Assembly (NCBI RefSeq): GCF_000017845.1
Contig: NC_010546.1
Location: 960,001-992,000 of the forward strand
DNA from: Crocosphaera subtropica ATCC 51142
Lineage (GTDB): Bacteria > Cyanobacteriota > Cyanobacteriia > Cyanobacteriales > Microcystaceae
Direction: 5' to 3'
DNA length: 32,000 nt
Shown: one piece after another, positions 1 through 8,008 of the stretch
How positions within the stretch are numbered: position 1 is the first letter of the stretch
Layout: each line of letters starts with the position of its first letter
Position numbers and translations under genes: made by a program
Notes under the pieces: model-generated
What the model was told of the DNA's origin: nothing
What the model saw: the letters and a program-made list of their open reading frames with translations, nothing else
The model's database searches: none

Positions 1-215
1 AGGGCGTGATTAATATTGGTAGTCGTCCTACCGTTAATGGCCAAGTTCCTACAGTGGAAGTTCATTTATTAGATTGGTCAGGAAACTTATATCGAACTTT
101 TGTAAAAGTTCAGTTAGACAAATTTTTACGTTCTGAACAAAAATTTCCCTCCCTAGATGCACTCAAAAATCAAATTAAACAAGACTGTATCATAGCCCGT
201 CAGATATTAGAGTAA
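1..215 (+). CDS. ribF: Riboflavin kinase / FAD synthetase, C-terminal part (5' end cut by the window edge)
   Basis: The open frame runs from the window edge to TAA at 213-215. The peptide INIGSRPTV...[13 protein letters not shown]...[20 protein letters not shown] matches the riboflavin-kinase domain signature (RPT..., E.HL.DF.GDLYG, LR.E.KF.S...L..QI). Confidence 0.8.
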   Translation, partial: GVINIGSRPTVNGQVPTVEVHLLDWSGNLYRTFVKVQLDKFLRSEQKFPSLDALKNQIKQDCIIARQILE

Positions 216-549
216 TATCATTTACATCGACTAAATTTTGTAACAAGACTCTCACCAATTAGGACGAAACTCAAAGTCTGAACTTATAATATAATTATGC
301 AGCCACCCATCCTATCTCCTAGAAATAAGTGGTAAGAATCGGTCACGTTTTTTCTGCCTGGAACTTATGAAGATCACTGCTTGGCTGAAGCCTCCCCACT
401 CAGTAACTACTCAATAATAATCAACGACTGATGTTCCTTTGACTTTTGACACAATATAGTAGGGAGTTTCTGCAAAGAAATCTGCCTAAAAGATTAGTTT
501 TTGTCGATTTATAGCAACTAATGAATAGATCACGCTTCAGGAGACAGTT

Positions 550-1623
550 ATGTACACTTGTCACAATCCACTCCATTGTTATCTTCCACCTTATGTCCTG
601 AAGAATTTAGCCCAATGTGAAGACCCAGAAATCCGTCGTTTAGCCATTGAAGCTCTCGAAGCATCAGCAGAAGCAAGAGCTATTCGGGCGACAATGGGGG
701 CCATCGCTACTATCGCCCCCATGTTTTCCTCCACACCCATATCCACTAAAAAGAACCGTTTAGTTTACGACATGGAAGAAAGACGATTTGTCTTACCAGG
801 TAAATTGGTTCGTCGTGAAGGAGAAGATCCAACCGGTGATTCGGCGGTGGATGAAGCTTATGATCATGCTGGTATCACCTATGACTTTTATAAGCAACGT
901 TTCAATCGCAACTCTATCGATAATCGAGGGATGGATTTAATTTCTAGTGTTCATGTGGGTCGTCAGTATAATAACGCTTTTTGGAACGGGCGACAGATGG
1001 CCTACGGCGACGGAGATGGCCAAATCTTCATCCGATTTACAAAAGCACTGGATGTAGCTGGCCATGAAATCACTCACGGTGTTATTACCCATGAAAGTAA
1101 TCTAGAATATCAAGGAGAGTCAGGGGCATTGAATGAAAGTTTTGCTGATGTCATGGGGGCTTTAGTACAGCAATGGCATCTAGGTCAAAATGATCCCAAC
1201 ACAGCCGACTGGGATATGGGCGAGCTAATTATGGGATCGAGTCCAGCCACCCGACTACGAACCTTCAAAGCTGAAAAAGCTTACGAAGATGATCCCTACC
1301 TAGGCACTGACCGTCAGCCCAAACACATCAGAGACAAGTACACGGGTCTTGAGGACAATGGTGGGGTCCATATTAACTCCGGCATTCCTAATCATGCGTT
1401 CTATCTCATTGCCTTAGACATAGGCGGACCGAGTTGGGAAAAAGCTGGAAAAATTTGGTACCAAACCCTACGCAATCTTAATTCTCAAAGCGATTTCCAA
1501 GAAGCTGCTGATATGACTTATCAAGTGGCAGGACAACTTTTTGGTAATGGTAGCTTAGAGCAACAAGCGGTTAAACAAGGTTGGGATGGGGTTGGCATTA
1601 ACATCTCCAGTGGTAGTTGGTAA
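550..1623 (+). CDS. M4 (thermolysin-family) zinc metalloprotease, protealysin-like, with no signal peptide
   Basis: HEITH zinc motif at nt 1063-1077, with the downstream third ligand GALNESFAD. The N-terminus is short and carries an LPPYVL (PPL-like) propeptide motif rather than a signal peptide. AGGAGA Shine-Dalgarno at 539-544. Confidence 0.9.
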   Translation: MYTCHNPLHCYLPPYVLKNLAQCEDPEIRRLAIEALEASAEARAIRATMGAIATIAPMFSSTPISTKKNRLVYDMEERRFVLPGKLVRREGEDPTGDSAVDEAYDHAGITYDFYKQRFNRNSIDNRGMDLISSVHVGRQYNNAFWNGRQMAYGDGDGQIFIRFTKALDVAGHEITHGVITHESNLEYQGESGALNESFADVMGALVQQWHLGQNDPNTADWDMGELIMGSSPATRLRTFKAEKAYEDDPYLGTDRQPKHIRDKYTGLEDNGGVHINSGIPNHAFYLIALDIGGPSWEKAGKIWYQTLRNLNSQSDFQEAADMTYQVAGQLFGNGSLEQQAVKQGWDGVGINISSGSW

Positions 1624-1785
1624 CCATAAGTTAACCTGAGTTCCGAGTTAGACCATTATTGCGGATGGGATCCAACCGTTGCCGCGCGGCGGTTGGAGAG
1701 CGCACCAAGCAAACGAGACAATAGGTGTTTCAGACAAAGAGAGAAGTAGCCTTTGAGCTTATCCCGAACTTAGGTTAAGTTATGG
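1624..1785. repeat. Inverted-repeat-bounded 162-bp intergenic element (MITE-like or long hairpin)
   Basis: The arms ccataagttaacctgagttccga (1624-1646) and cccgaacttaggttaagttatgg (1763-1785) are reverse complements at about 19-20 of 23 positions. They enclose a GC-rich core in otherwise AT-rich DNA. Confidence 0.5.
1658..1709 (-). repeat. GC-rich hairpin mini-element, copy A
   Basis: On the minus strand it reads CTTGGTGCGC-TCT-[CCAACCGCCGCGCGGCAACGGTTGG, an 11-bp-stem hairpin]-ATCCCATCCGCAAT. G+C is 34/52 by my count. The end motifs are shared with copy C at 20077-20127. Confidence 0.4.
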
Positions 1786-1897
1786 AAAATTATGTTAGTG
1801 AAGACGGCAAGAGAGCTTCTAGCTTACGGAAAAATCCTAAACCAAGCTGTCTCACTATACTTTCAAGACTTAGCCCCTAAAAATTAGGATATTTTCT

Positions 1898-2200
1898 ATG
1901 AAAATTACATTTCGTCAATCAGGAGGATTTGCTGGCTTAATTAGGGGCTGTGAAATCGATACAGCTAACTTATCTGAGTCTGAGGCCGCTTACTTAAAGG
2001 GTCTTGTAGAGCAAAGCCACATTCTTGAAGCTACAAGTCAGTTGACCCTGAAAGCAAGGGATCTTTATAAATATGAGGTGATAATAGAGAGTGAAAAAGG
2101 AACAGTCAGGGCATCTTTTGATGACATGACTTGGCCGGAAACTGCCCAAAAGCTTTTAGCCTATCTTCAAGAACATAGTAAACCTCAACCCTTCAGATAA
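1898..2200 (+). CDS. Emfourin-like small protein (putative inhibitor of the upstream protealysin-like protease)
   Basis: A 100-aa ORF immediately downstream of, and co-oriented with, the M4 protease. The N-terminal MKITFRQSGGFAGL motif is as I recall it for the emfourin family. The assignment is from memory of the family and has not been searched. Confidence 0.55.
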   Translation: MKITFRQSGGFAGLIRGCEIDTANLSESEAAYLKGLVEQSHILEATSQLTLKARDLYKYEVIIESEKGTVRASFDDMTWPETAQKLLAYLQEHSKPQPFR

Positions 2201-2204
2201 CGTC

Positions 2205-2247
2205 AGTTCGGATTTAGGAGTTCGGAGGTCGACGTTAGGATTTTTTT
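2205..2247. repeat. Degenerate heptamer tandem repeat followed by a T-run
   Basis: agttcgg atttagg agttcgg aggtcga cgttagg, then attttttt, directly after the stop codon at 2200. Confidence 0.6.
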
Positions 2248-2360
2248 AACGAGGGAATCAGGGTTTGAGACTTCTTGTTGGTTGTCAGTTCTCCATAGAT
2301 TCTCTTCTGTCGAACTCACGTTCAGATCATAAGAAATTTGGTTATAGATTAGGAAGAAAC

Positions 2361-3359
2361 ATGATGAATCCCTTAACATTTGACCAATTAAAAACTGGTG
2401 ATATCTTGATATTTTCGGCCGCCAGTGATTCAACCTCACAGGCCATCCTCTGGTTAACTAATTCTAATGTCTCCCACGCAGCTATATATGATGGAAATCA
2501 ACATAGCATCATTGAACAAACGCCTCCTATGGTTCGATATTATCGTTTAACTTTAGGAGATGAGCGTTTTCGAGAACGAACAATGTATGTCAATCGCCTT
2601 AAACCACACCCTGACTCAATGGAACCTGTGATTAAGGCAGCCACTGTTTATCTTAACAATAAAACTCCCTATGCTCAGAGTAATTTATATTTATTGGGGC
2701 TAATTTTACTTTACAAAAAAATAAGACCCAACACTTTAGTCCAACAAGTAATGATCAAAATTTATAAAAAATTAATAGTCGAAATTTCTAACTATATTAG
2801 TCAACACCATACTCCAGAAAAAACCCCAATGGTCTGTTCTGATTTTATCTATCAGTGTTTTGAAGATGCGGGTGAAGCCTACAAACTAAAAATTAGAAAT
2901 GGTGTTTTACTCAATTCCACTTTGTCTGTAACCCCAGATTATTTGAGTCCCCTTGATAGGGTAATTGATCGAGTTATAAAAGATTCATCGGGTCAATGTC
3001 AACCAACCCTAACCAGTCCTAGGGACTTGGCTATTAGACAACCCCCTTACGAAACTGCTCAAGAATTAGGACAAGAATTAATAGAAGCACTCTCTGAAAC
3101 TGAAGTAATGAGTTCGCAAGATTTAGAGGATGAATTAGCTTTAGCCATACAGGAATTTGCACAAGCAACTTATTTGACACAAGGAACTGAAGACAAGGCA
3201 ATACCTTCCCTATTAGCTAAGACCAATGAATTGAGCAATGAGTTAAATATCCCTCATTATCTTAGTTTTCTTAAGGTCAAAGAAGCCTTTTTTGTTACCC
3301 CAGAAGATTTACTCAACAACTGTGAAAATTTAATGAAACTTGGTAGCATAATCTTATAA
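2361..3359 (+). CDS. Permuted papain-fold (NlpC/P60-like, YiiX/C92-type) amidase or peptidase with an acidic C-terminal extension
   Basis: GDILIF...SHAAIY (His) precedes MVCSDFIYQCF (Cys). That order and context are typical of the permuted YiiX family. The likely start is ATG 2361, after AGGAAG at 2351-2356. The 2265 start in the ORF track lies in the repeat tract and lacks an RBS. Confidence 0.65.
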   Translation: MMNPLTFDQLKTGDILIFSAASDSTSQAILWLTNSNVSHAAIYDGNQHSIIEQTPPMVRYYRLTLGDERFRERTMYVNRLKPHPDSMEPVIKAATVYLNNKTPYAQSNLYLLGLILLYKKIRPNTLVQQVMIKIYKKLIVEISNYISQHHTPEKTPMVCSDFIYQCFEDAGEAYKLKIRNGVLLNSTLSVTPDYLSPLDRVIDRVIKDSSGQCQPTLTSPRDLAIRQPPYETAQELGQELIEALSETEVMSSQDLEDELALAIQEFAQATYLTQGTEDKAIPSLLAKTNELSNELNIPHYLSFLKVKEAFFVTPEDLLNNCENLMKLGSIIL

Positions 3360-3794
3360 GGTAAATTCATTAACTACTAAGATAGCTTGATAATCTGACA
3401 TTTCTAATCTTTCATTTTTCTGAGGCCATGGTGTAACTTTGATTAATTCAACACCATAGTTATCAAAGTATTGAATGTTTTTTTCTCCCAGTCTACTAAT
3501 TAAGTTAAATGCTCCTAAATTTTGATTTTGATTAATAATATTGACAACAATATTAACTTGTCCTGGCCAAACACATTGAGTATCTAAAGGACATCGAGAA
3601 TCTTCTTCTACTGTTGAAAATTTGATATTAATATTCTCAGGCATAATCAAAGCTTCTTGATTAATTTTAAGTTTGAATGGCTCTCCTAAATGAACAGTAA
3701 TAAGTTGAGCAGTTGATACATTGATTAATGACTGATATCCAAAGATGAAGATACTGATGAGAATTATGGAAAATATTTTCTGAATATTTATCAT
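3354..3794 (-). CDS. Small secreted protein of unknown function
   Basis: The internal Met at 3794 gives MINIQKIFSIILISIFIFGYQSLINVSTAQ, a signal-peptide-like N-terminus. It carries the motif EEDSRCPLDTQCVWPG. The longer ORF-track start would overlap the upstream GT2 gene. Confidence 0.55.
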   Translation of the reverse strand: MINIQKIFSIILISIFIFGYQSLINVSTAQLITVHLGEPFKLKINQEALIMPENINIKFSTVEEDSRCPLDTQCVWPGQVNIVVNIINQNQNLGAFNLISRLGEKNIQYFDNYGVELIKVTPWPQKNERLEMSDYQAILVVNEFTL

Positions 3795-3804
3795 ATTTAA
3801 TTTA

Positions 3805-4773
3805 TTATAACCAGTGGATTTGTCTAGCTTGATCCGACAACTTAGCTGTTTTCTGTCCTTGACTTCTAGCATAAAAATTAAATAAATCAATCGGCATTTT
3901 TATTAAATCAATGGGATTTCCTTTCCCTTGAATGATTTTAATGGTATCTCTTGGTATTTCTTTTAAGATCCAACGTCCAAAGCGATAAATAGCTTCTTTT
4001 GGGGTCAGATTTCGCATTAAATCAACACCATATAGTTCATGTAAATAGAGATTAGAACGACCATAACGTTGCCATTGACTTCTTAACTCTTCAAAATTGG
4101 AACGATGACGATGACGAATAATCGCACTAGCTGCAAAGGTTAATTTATAGTTGGTTTGTTGTTGAATTCTCCAGCAAATATCCGCATCTCCTCCTGTAGT
4201 TAAATAGGGACGAAATAAACCAATTTTTGTAAAAATAATGCGCCTAATTCCTAAGTTTGCTGTTTGTCCGTAGGGTAAAAAAGGGTGTTCTAATAAGAAT
4301 TTTTGAGATAAAATACTATTGCGTTCTGCATATTTTTCTAAAAAACTGTTTCCGGGTAAGGCTTCAATTTCTCCTACAACAATACCAATTTTTTCATCAA
4401 TGAAGGGCTTAACTAATTCTTCAAGCCAATGGTTTAATGGTCGACAGTCAGCATCGGTAAAAGCTAAAATTTCCCCTGTTGCTTGACGAATTCCTTGATT
4501 ACGGGCAGCATAGGAACTTTGAATATTATTTTCGTTTAAGGCTTTTAAATTAAGTCCTATTTTTTGAGATTCAATAATAGCTTGATCGAGTAAATCTGAT
4601 GTCTTATCATTACTATTATTATTAACCAGTAAATATTCTACTTTGTCTTTAGGATAGGTTTGAGATTGCAAGCAGTTGATTAAATCAGGCAAATCTTCTT
4701 GCCCATTATAAATAGGAACAATAACAGAAACTTGAGGATAAAAATAACTATTGTGATTCATTATTTTATTCAA
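3805..4773 (-). CDS. Family 2 glycosyltransferase
   Basis: VSVIVPIYNG...LQSQTYP...VEYLLVNNNSND and FTDADC (DXD) are GT2 hallmarks. Confidence 0.85.
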   Translation of the reverse strand: MNKIMNHNSYFYPQVSVIVPIYNGQEDLPDLINCLQSQTYPKDKVEYLLVNNNSNDKTSDLLDQAIIESQKIGLNLKALNENNIQSSYAARNQGIRQATGEILAFTDADCRPLNHWLEELVKPFIDEKIGIVVGEIEALPGNSFLEKYAERNSILSQKFLLEHPFLPYGQTANLGIRRIIFTKIGLFRPYLTTGGDADICWRIQQQTNYKLTFAASAIIRHRHRSNFEELRSQWQRYGRSNLYLHELYGVDLMRNLTPKEAIYRFGRWILKEIPRDTIKIIQGKGNPIDLIKMPIDLFNFYARSQGQKTAKLSDQARQIHWL

Positions 4774-4831
4774 TTATTAACAACTATAAACAATTTATAT
4801 ATTGACAAATTTTAAATAATATGTTATTGAT

Positions 4832-5518
4832 CTAGTGAGTAAATCGCTGTTTTAAAATAAATTCTGCGATCGCTAAATCCACAGGAGTGGTTACTTTTAA
4901 ATTCGTTTCTTCTCCTTCGACAATTTTGACAGGTAATTGACATTTTTCAAATAAAGCAGCATCATCGGTGACTTGCCAACCCAGTTGATAGCCTTTTTCA
5001 TGACATTGTTTTAATAAGCTGACTTTAAAGCCTTGAGGGGTTTGTGCCGCCCATAAATTGGAACGATTGGGAGTATCTTTAATAAATTGATTACTATCAA
5101 CAATTTTAATGGTATCTTTAACAGAAATAGCTGCAATTAAGCCTTGACAAGTTAAGAGTTCTTCTGCACATCGATCAAATAAATCAGGGGTAACTAAACA
5201 TCTTGCGCCGTCATGAATTAAAACATTATCTGCTGCTTTGGGTAACGCCTGTAAACCATTATAAACAGAAGCTTGACGGGTTTCTCCTCCCTGTATTAAT
5301 TCAACAGGTTTCGTAAAAGAAATGGTAGTTAAAATTGTTTTGAATTCAGGAAAATCATAAGGTTGTCCGATAATACCAACCCATTCAATTTTTTGAGAGG
5401 CTTCTGCTGCTAAAAGTGTCCAACTTAGTAATGGTTTACCCAAAAGTGTAAGCAGGAGTTTATTGCGATTACTTCCCATTCGTTTGCCCATTCCTGCTGC
5501 CGGAATTAATAGATACAT
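4832..5518 (-). CDS. ispD: 2-C-methyl-D-erythritol 4-phosphate cytidylyltransferase
   Basis: LLIPAAGMGKRMGSNRNKLLL N-terminal motif, 228 aa, with IspD-like sequence along the full length. Confidence 0.9.
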   Translation of the reverse strand: MYLLIPAAGMGKRMGSNRNKLLLTLLGKPLLSWTLLAAEASQKIEWVGIIGQPYDFPEFKTILTTISFTKPVELIQGGETRQASVYNGLQALPKAADNVLIHDGARCLVTPDLFDRCAEELLTCQGLIAAISVKDTIKIVDSNQFIKDTPNRSNLWAAQTPQGFKVSLLKQCHEKGYQLGWQVTDDAALFEKCQLPVKIVEGEETNLKVTTPVDLAIAEFILKQRFTH

Positions 5519-5569
5519 AATCTAATCATCTCAGAACTAATTTATCATTTATTGTACCAAAAAATATAC

Positions 5570-6142
5570 TCAAGCTGACATAATAATTTCTTTTATTTCT
5601 TTGACCTTTTGATAATAGTTATTCTCAGGGATAACTGGGTGACTTTTGACTAAGGAAATATCCTGATTAAGTTTAATCCAAGAACAACAACCCCCATAGC
5701 TTGAATCATAAGGTATAATAACCGATTTAGGTAAGAGAAAAACTTGCAACAGTAAAATAAAAAGAGGCTGATTAGCTTTCCACTTAAATCGTTCTTCAAC
5801 AAAGTTTTCTGTCCAAATATGATAAGGATAAAGTTGCTTAATTACTGGCAATTCTCTAACTTGAAAAATAGTCGTAATATTAGCCCAACTACCAATCGTA
5901 ACGGTTTCAGGATGCCACCCCGATGATACAGTTTTAACCAACCTAGCATAGTCTGATTTTAATAAATGAGGTTTTTGATGTTCATAAGTAGGGTATAATA
6001 AGATAGGATTATGATTAACTTTAAACTGTCCTGAAATTTCCTTAATACCTCCTTTCCGTAATAGCAAAATAGTGTTACCTTTTTCTAGTGCCTTAACAGC
6101 AACATTCCACTCTTTTAAAGCATCACATAATTCAGTTAGCAT
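5570..6142 (-). CDS. DUF1802-family conserved cyanobacterial protein
   Basis: LKEWNVAVKALEKGNTILLLRKGGIKE is a typical DUF1802 N-terminus. 190 aa. Confidence 0.6.
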   Translation of the reverse strand: MLTELCDALKEWNVAVKALEKGNTILLLRKGGIKEISGQFKVNHNPILLYPTYEHQKPHLLKSDYARLVKTVSSGWHPETVTIGSWANITTIFQVRELPVIKQLYPYHIWTENFVEERFKWKANQPLFILLLQVFLLPKSVIIPYDSSYGGCCSWIKLNQDISLVKSHPVIPENNYYQKVKEIKEIIMSA

Positions 6143-6288
6143 AAAAAATCCTCACAAATCATGATTAATAATTATTGTAAAAACAATTAGTTATTAAAGG
6201 TTAAGAGTGGTATTATCGAATAACTTTTATCGGATTATTGATCACAATCAACAAACTTAAACCATTGATATTGTACTAGAATATATTT

Positions 6289-7023
6289 ATGAATGACATT
6301 GCAGCAGTAATCTTGGCAGGAGGATATGGAACAAGAGTTAAACATCTGCTTCCTAATATTCCTAAACCGATGGCTTCCGTTGTCAATAAACCATTTTTAG
6401 AATGGATAATTCGCTATTTGAAACAACAAGGAATTAACAAAGAAATCATCTCCACTGGTTACCTAGGGGAAGTCATTGAGGAACATTTTAAAACTCATCA
6501 GGTCAAGGGAGTAGACATTTACTGTTGCTGTGAAGATGAACCACTAGGAACAGCAGGAGGGTTTATTAATGCCGTTCAACAAGTTAGTTTATCTCCTAAA
6601 GCATGGTTGGTTATGAATGGTGACTCTTTGATTGTAGCTAATTTTCAAAAATTAGAAAAGTATTTAGAGGACAAAGAAGTGGGATGTGTCATTTTAGGGG
6701 TGTCGGTCAATGATGCCTCTCGTTATGGTTCCCTAGTATTTGATCAGTCCCATAACCTGTTAAACTTTGCTGAAAAAAAAGCAGGTCAAGGGGTTATTAA
6801 TGGAGGGGTTTATTTATTTCGTCATGAAACTTTAGAACAGTTTCCCTCTAAGTTTCCTTTAAGTTTTGAATATGATGTTTTTCCTACCTTACTCAAGGAA
6901 AAAGTTATTATTAAAGTACATCCCATTGAAGCCCCATTTTTAGATATTGGGACTCCAGAAACCTTACCCCAAGCAGAAGCCTTTATCAAAGAAAACTTTA
7001 CGAATTTATTAGAACCATGTTAA
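6289..7023 (+). CDS. Sugar-phosphate nucleotidyltransferase (D-glycero-D-manno-heptose-1-phosphate guanylyltransferase-like)
   Basis: AVILAGGYGTRV...PKPM nucleotidyltransferase motif. Its stop overlaps the next gene's start (ATGTTAA at 7017-7023). Confidence 0.75.
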   Translation: MNDIAAVILAGGYGTRVKHLLPNIPKPMASVVNKPFLEWIIRYLKQQGINKEIISTGYLGEVIEEHFKTHQVKGVDIYCCCEDEPLGTAGGFINAVQQVSLSPKAWLVMNGDSLIVANFQKLEKYLEDKEVGCVILGVSVNDASRYGSLVFDQSHNLLNFAEKKAGQGVINGGVYLFRHETLEQFPSKFPLSFEYDVFPTLLKEKVIIKVHPIEAPFLDIGTPETLPQAEAFIKENFTNLLEPC

Positions 7024-7997
7024 TTTCACGCGCCCCGGTTAGAATTAGTTTTTTTGGAGGTGGAACAGACTATCCAGAGTATTTTTTAGAACATGGAGGG
7101 GCTGTTTTGGCCACAGCCATTGATAAATTTTCTTATGTTACCGCCAGTCCGTTTCCGAGTCACTTATTCGACTATTTAATTCGGGTTTCTTATCGAAAAG
7201 TAGAATTAGTTAAAACCGTCGAAGATATCGAACATAAAGTGTATCGTGAATGTTTAAAATTTTGTGGGTTAGATAAAGATATTGAACTCCATAATGTAGC
7301 TGACTTACCTGCATTTACTGGCTTAGGTTCCTCTTCTGCATTTACAGTATCCTTATTACAGGCATTACATAGTTTTAAAGGAGAATTTGTTAAACCTTTA
7401 GACTTAGCTTATGAAGCTATTTATGTGGAACGTCATCTAGTCAAGGACCGCGTTGGATGTCAAGATCAACTCATGTCGGCGATGGGAGGATTTAACTTAG
7501 TGGAATTTAGAACAGAAGAGGATATTATTGTGAACCGTGTGGCAATTTCTCCCCAAAGATTAGCAGAATTTGAAGCCCATCTTTTCATTGTTTTTACAGG
7601 CATTAAACGACGGGCTGCTAAAGTCGTAGAAAAACAATTAAAACGAGTTAACGATAATACACAGACCTTAAAAGAAATGAGAAAAATGGTGGATCAAGGT
7701 TGGGATATTTTAACCAGTAATCAATCTTTATCTGCGTTTGGTGAATTATTAGATAAAGCTTGGGTGGCAAAAAGAAGTTTAGATACAGTCATATCTAACC
7801 CAGAAATCGATCATCTTTATCAACTGGGACAAGAAGCAGGGGCTTGGGGTGGTAAACTATTAGGTGCCGGTGCAGGGGGTTTTATGTTATTTTTTGCACC
7901 CCCAGAAGTTCATCCCAAATTAGCAAAAACCTTTGCTAATCATCAGGTACTTTCTGTTAAAATTAATGCCCCAGGTTCTCAAATTATATTTTCATAA
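7017..7997 (+). CDS. GHMP-family sugar kinase (heptose 7-phosphate kinase, HddA-like)
   Basis: ISRAPVRISFFGGGTDYPEYF N-terminus plus the GHMP motif PAFTGLGSSSAF. Confidence 0.8.
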   Translation: MLISRAPVRISFFGGGTDYPEYFLEHGGAVLATAIDKFSYVTASPFPSHLFDYLIRVSYRKVELVKTVEDIEHKVYRECLKFCGLDKDIELHNVADLPAFTGLGSSSAFTVSLLQALHSFKGEFVKPLDLAYEAIYVERHLVKDRVGCQDQLMSAMGGFNLVEFRTEEDIIVNRVAISPQRLAEFEAHLFIVFTGIKRRAAKVVEKQLKRVNDNTQTLKEMRKMVDQGWDILTSNQSLSAFGELLDKAWVAKRSLDTVISNPEIDHLYQLGQEAGAWGGKLLGAGAGGFMLFFAPPEVHPKLAKTFANHQVLSVKINAPGSQIIFS

Positions 7998-8008
7998 TTT
8001 GATTTAAA

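Noticed and set aside
2203-2439. Minus-strand 78-aa ORF, and the long 2265 start of the plus-strand ORF.
   Set aside because: The minus-strand ORF runs antisense through the repeat tract and the start of the C92 gene. The first 32 codons of the 2265 version lie in repeat or intergenic sequence, whereas ATG 2361 has a proper RBS.
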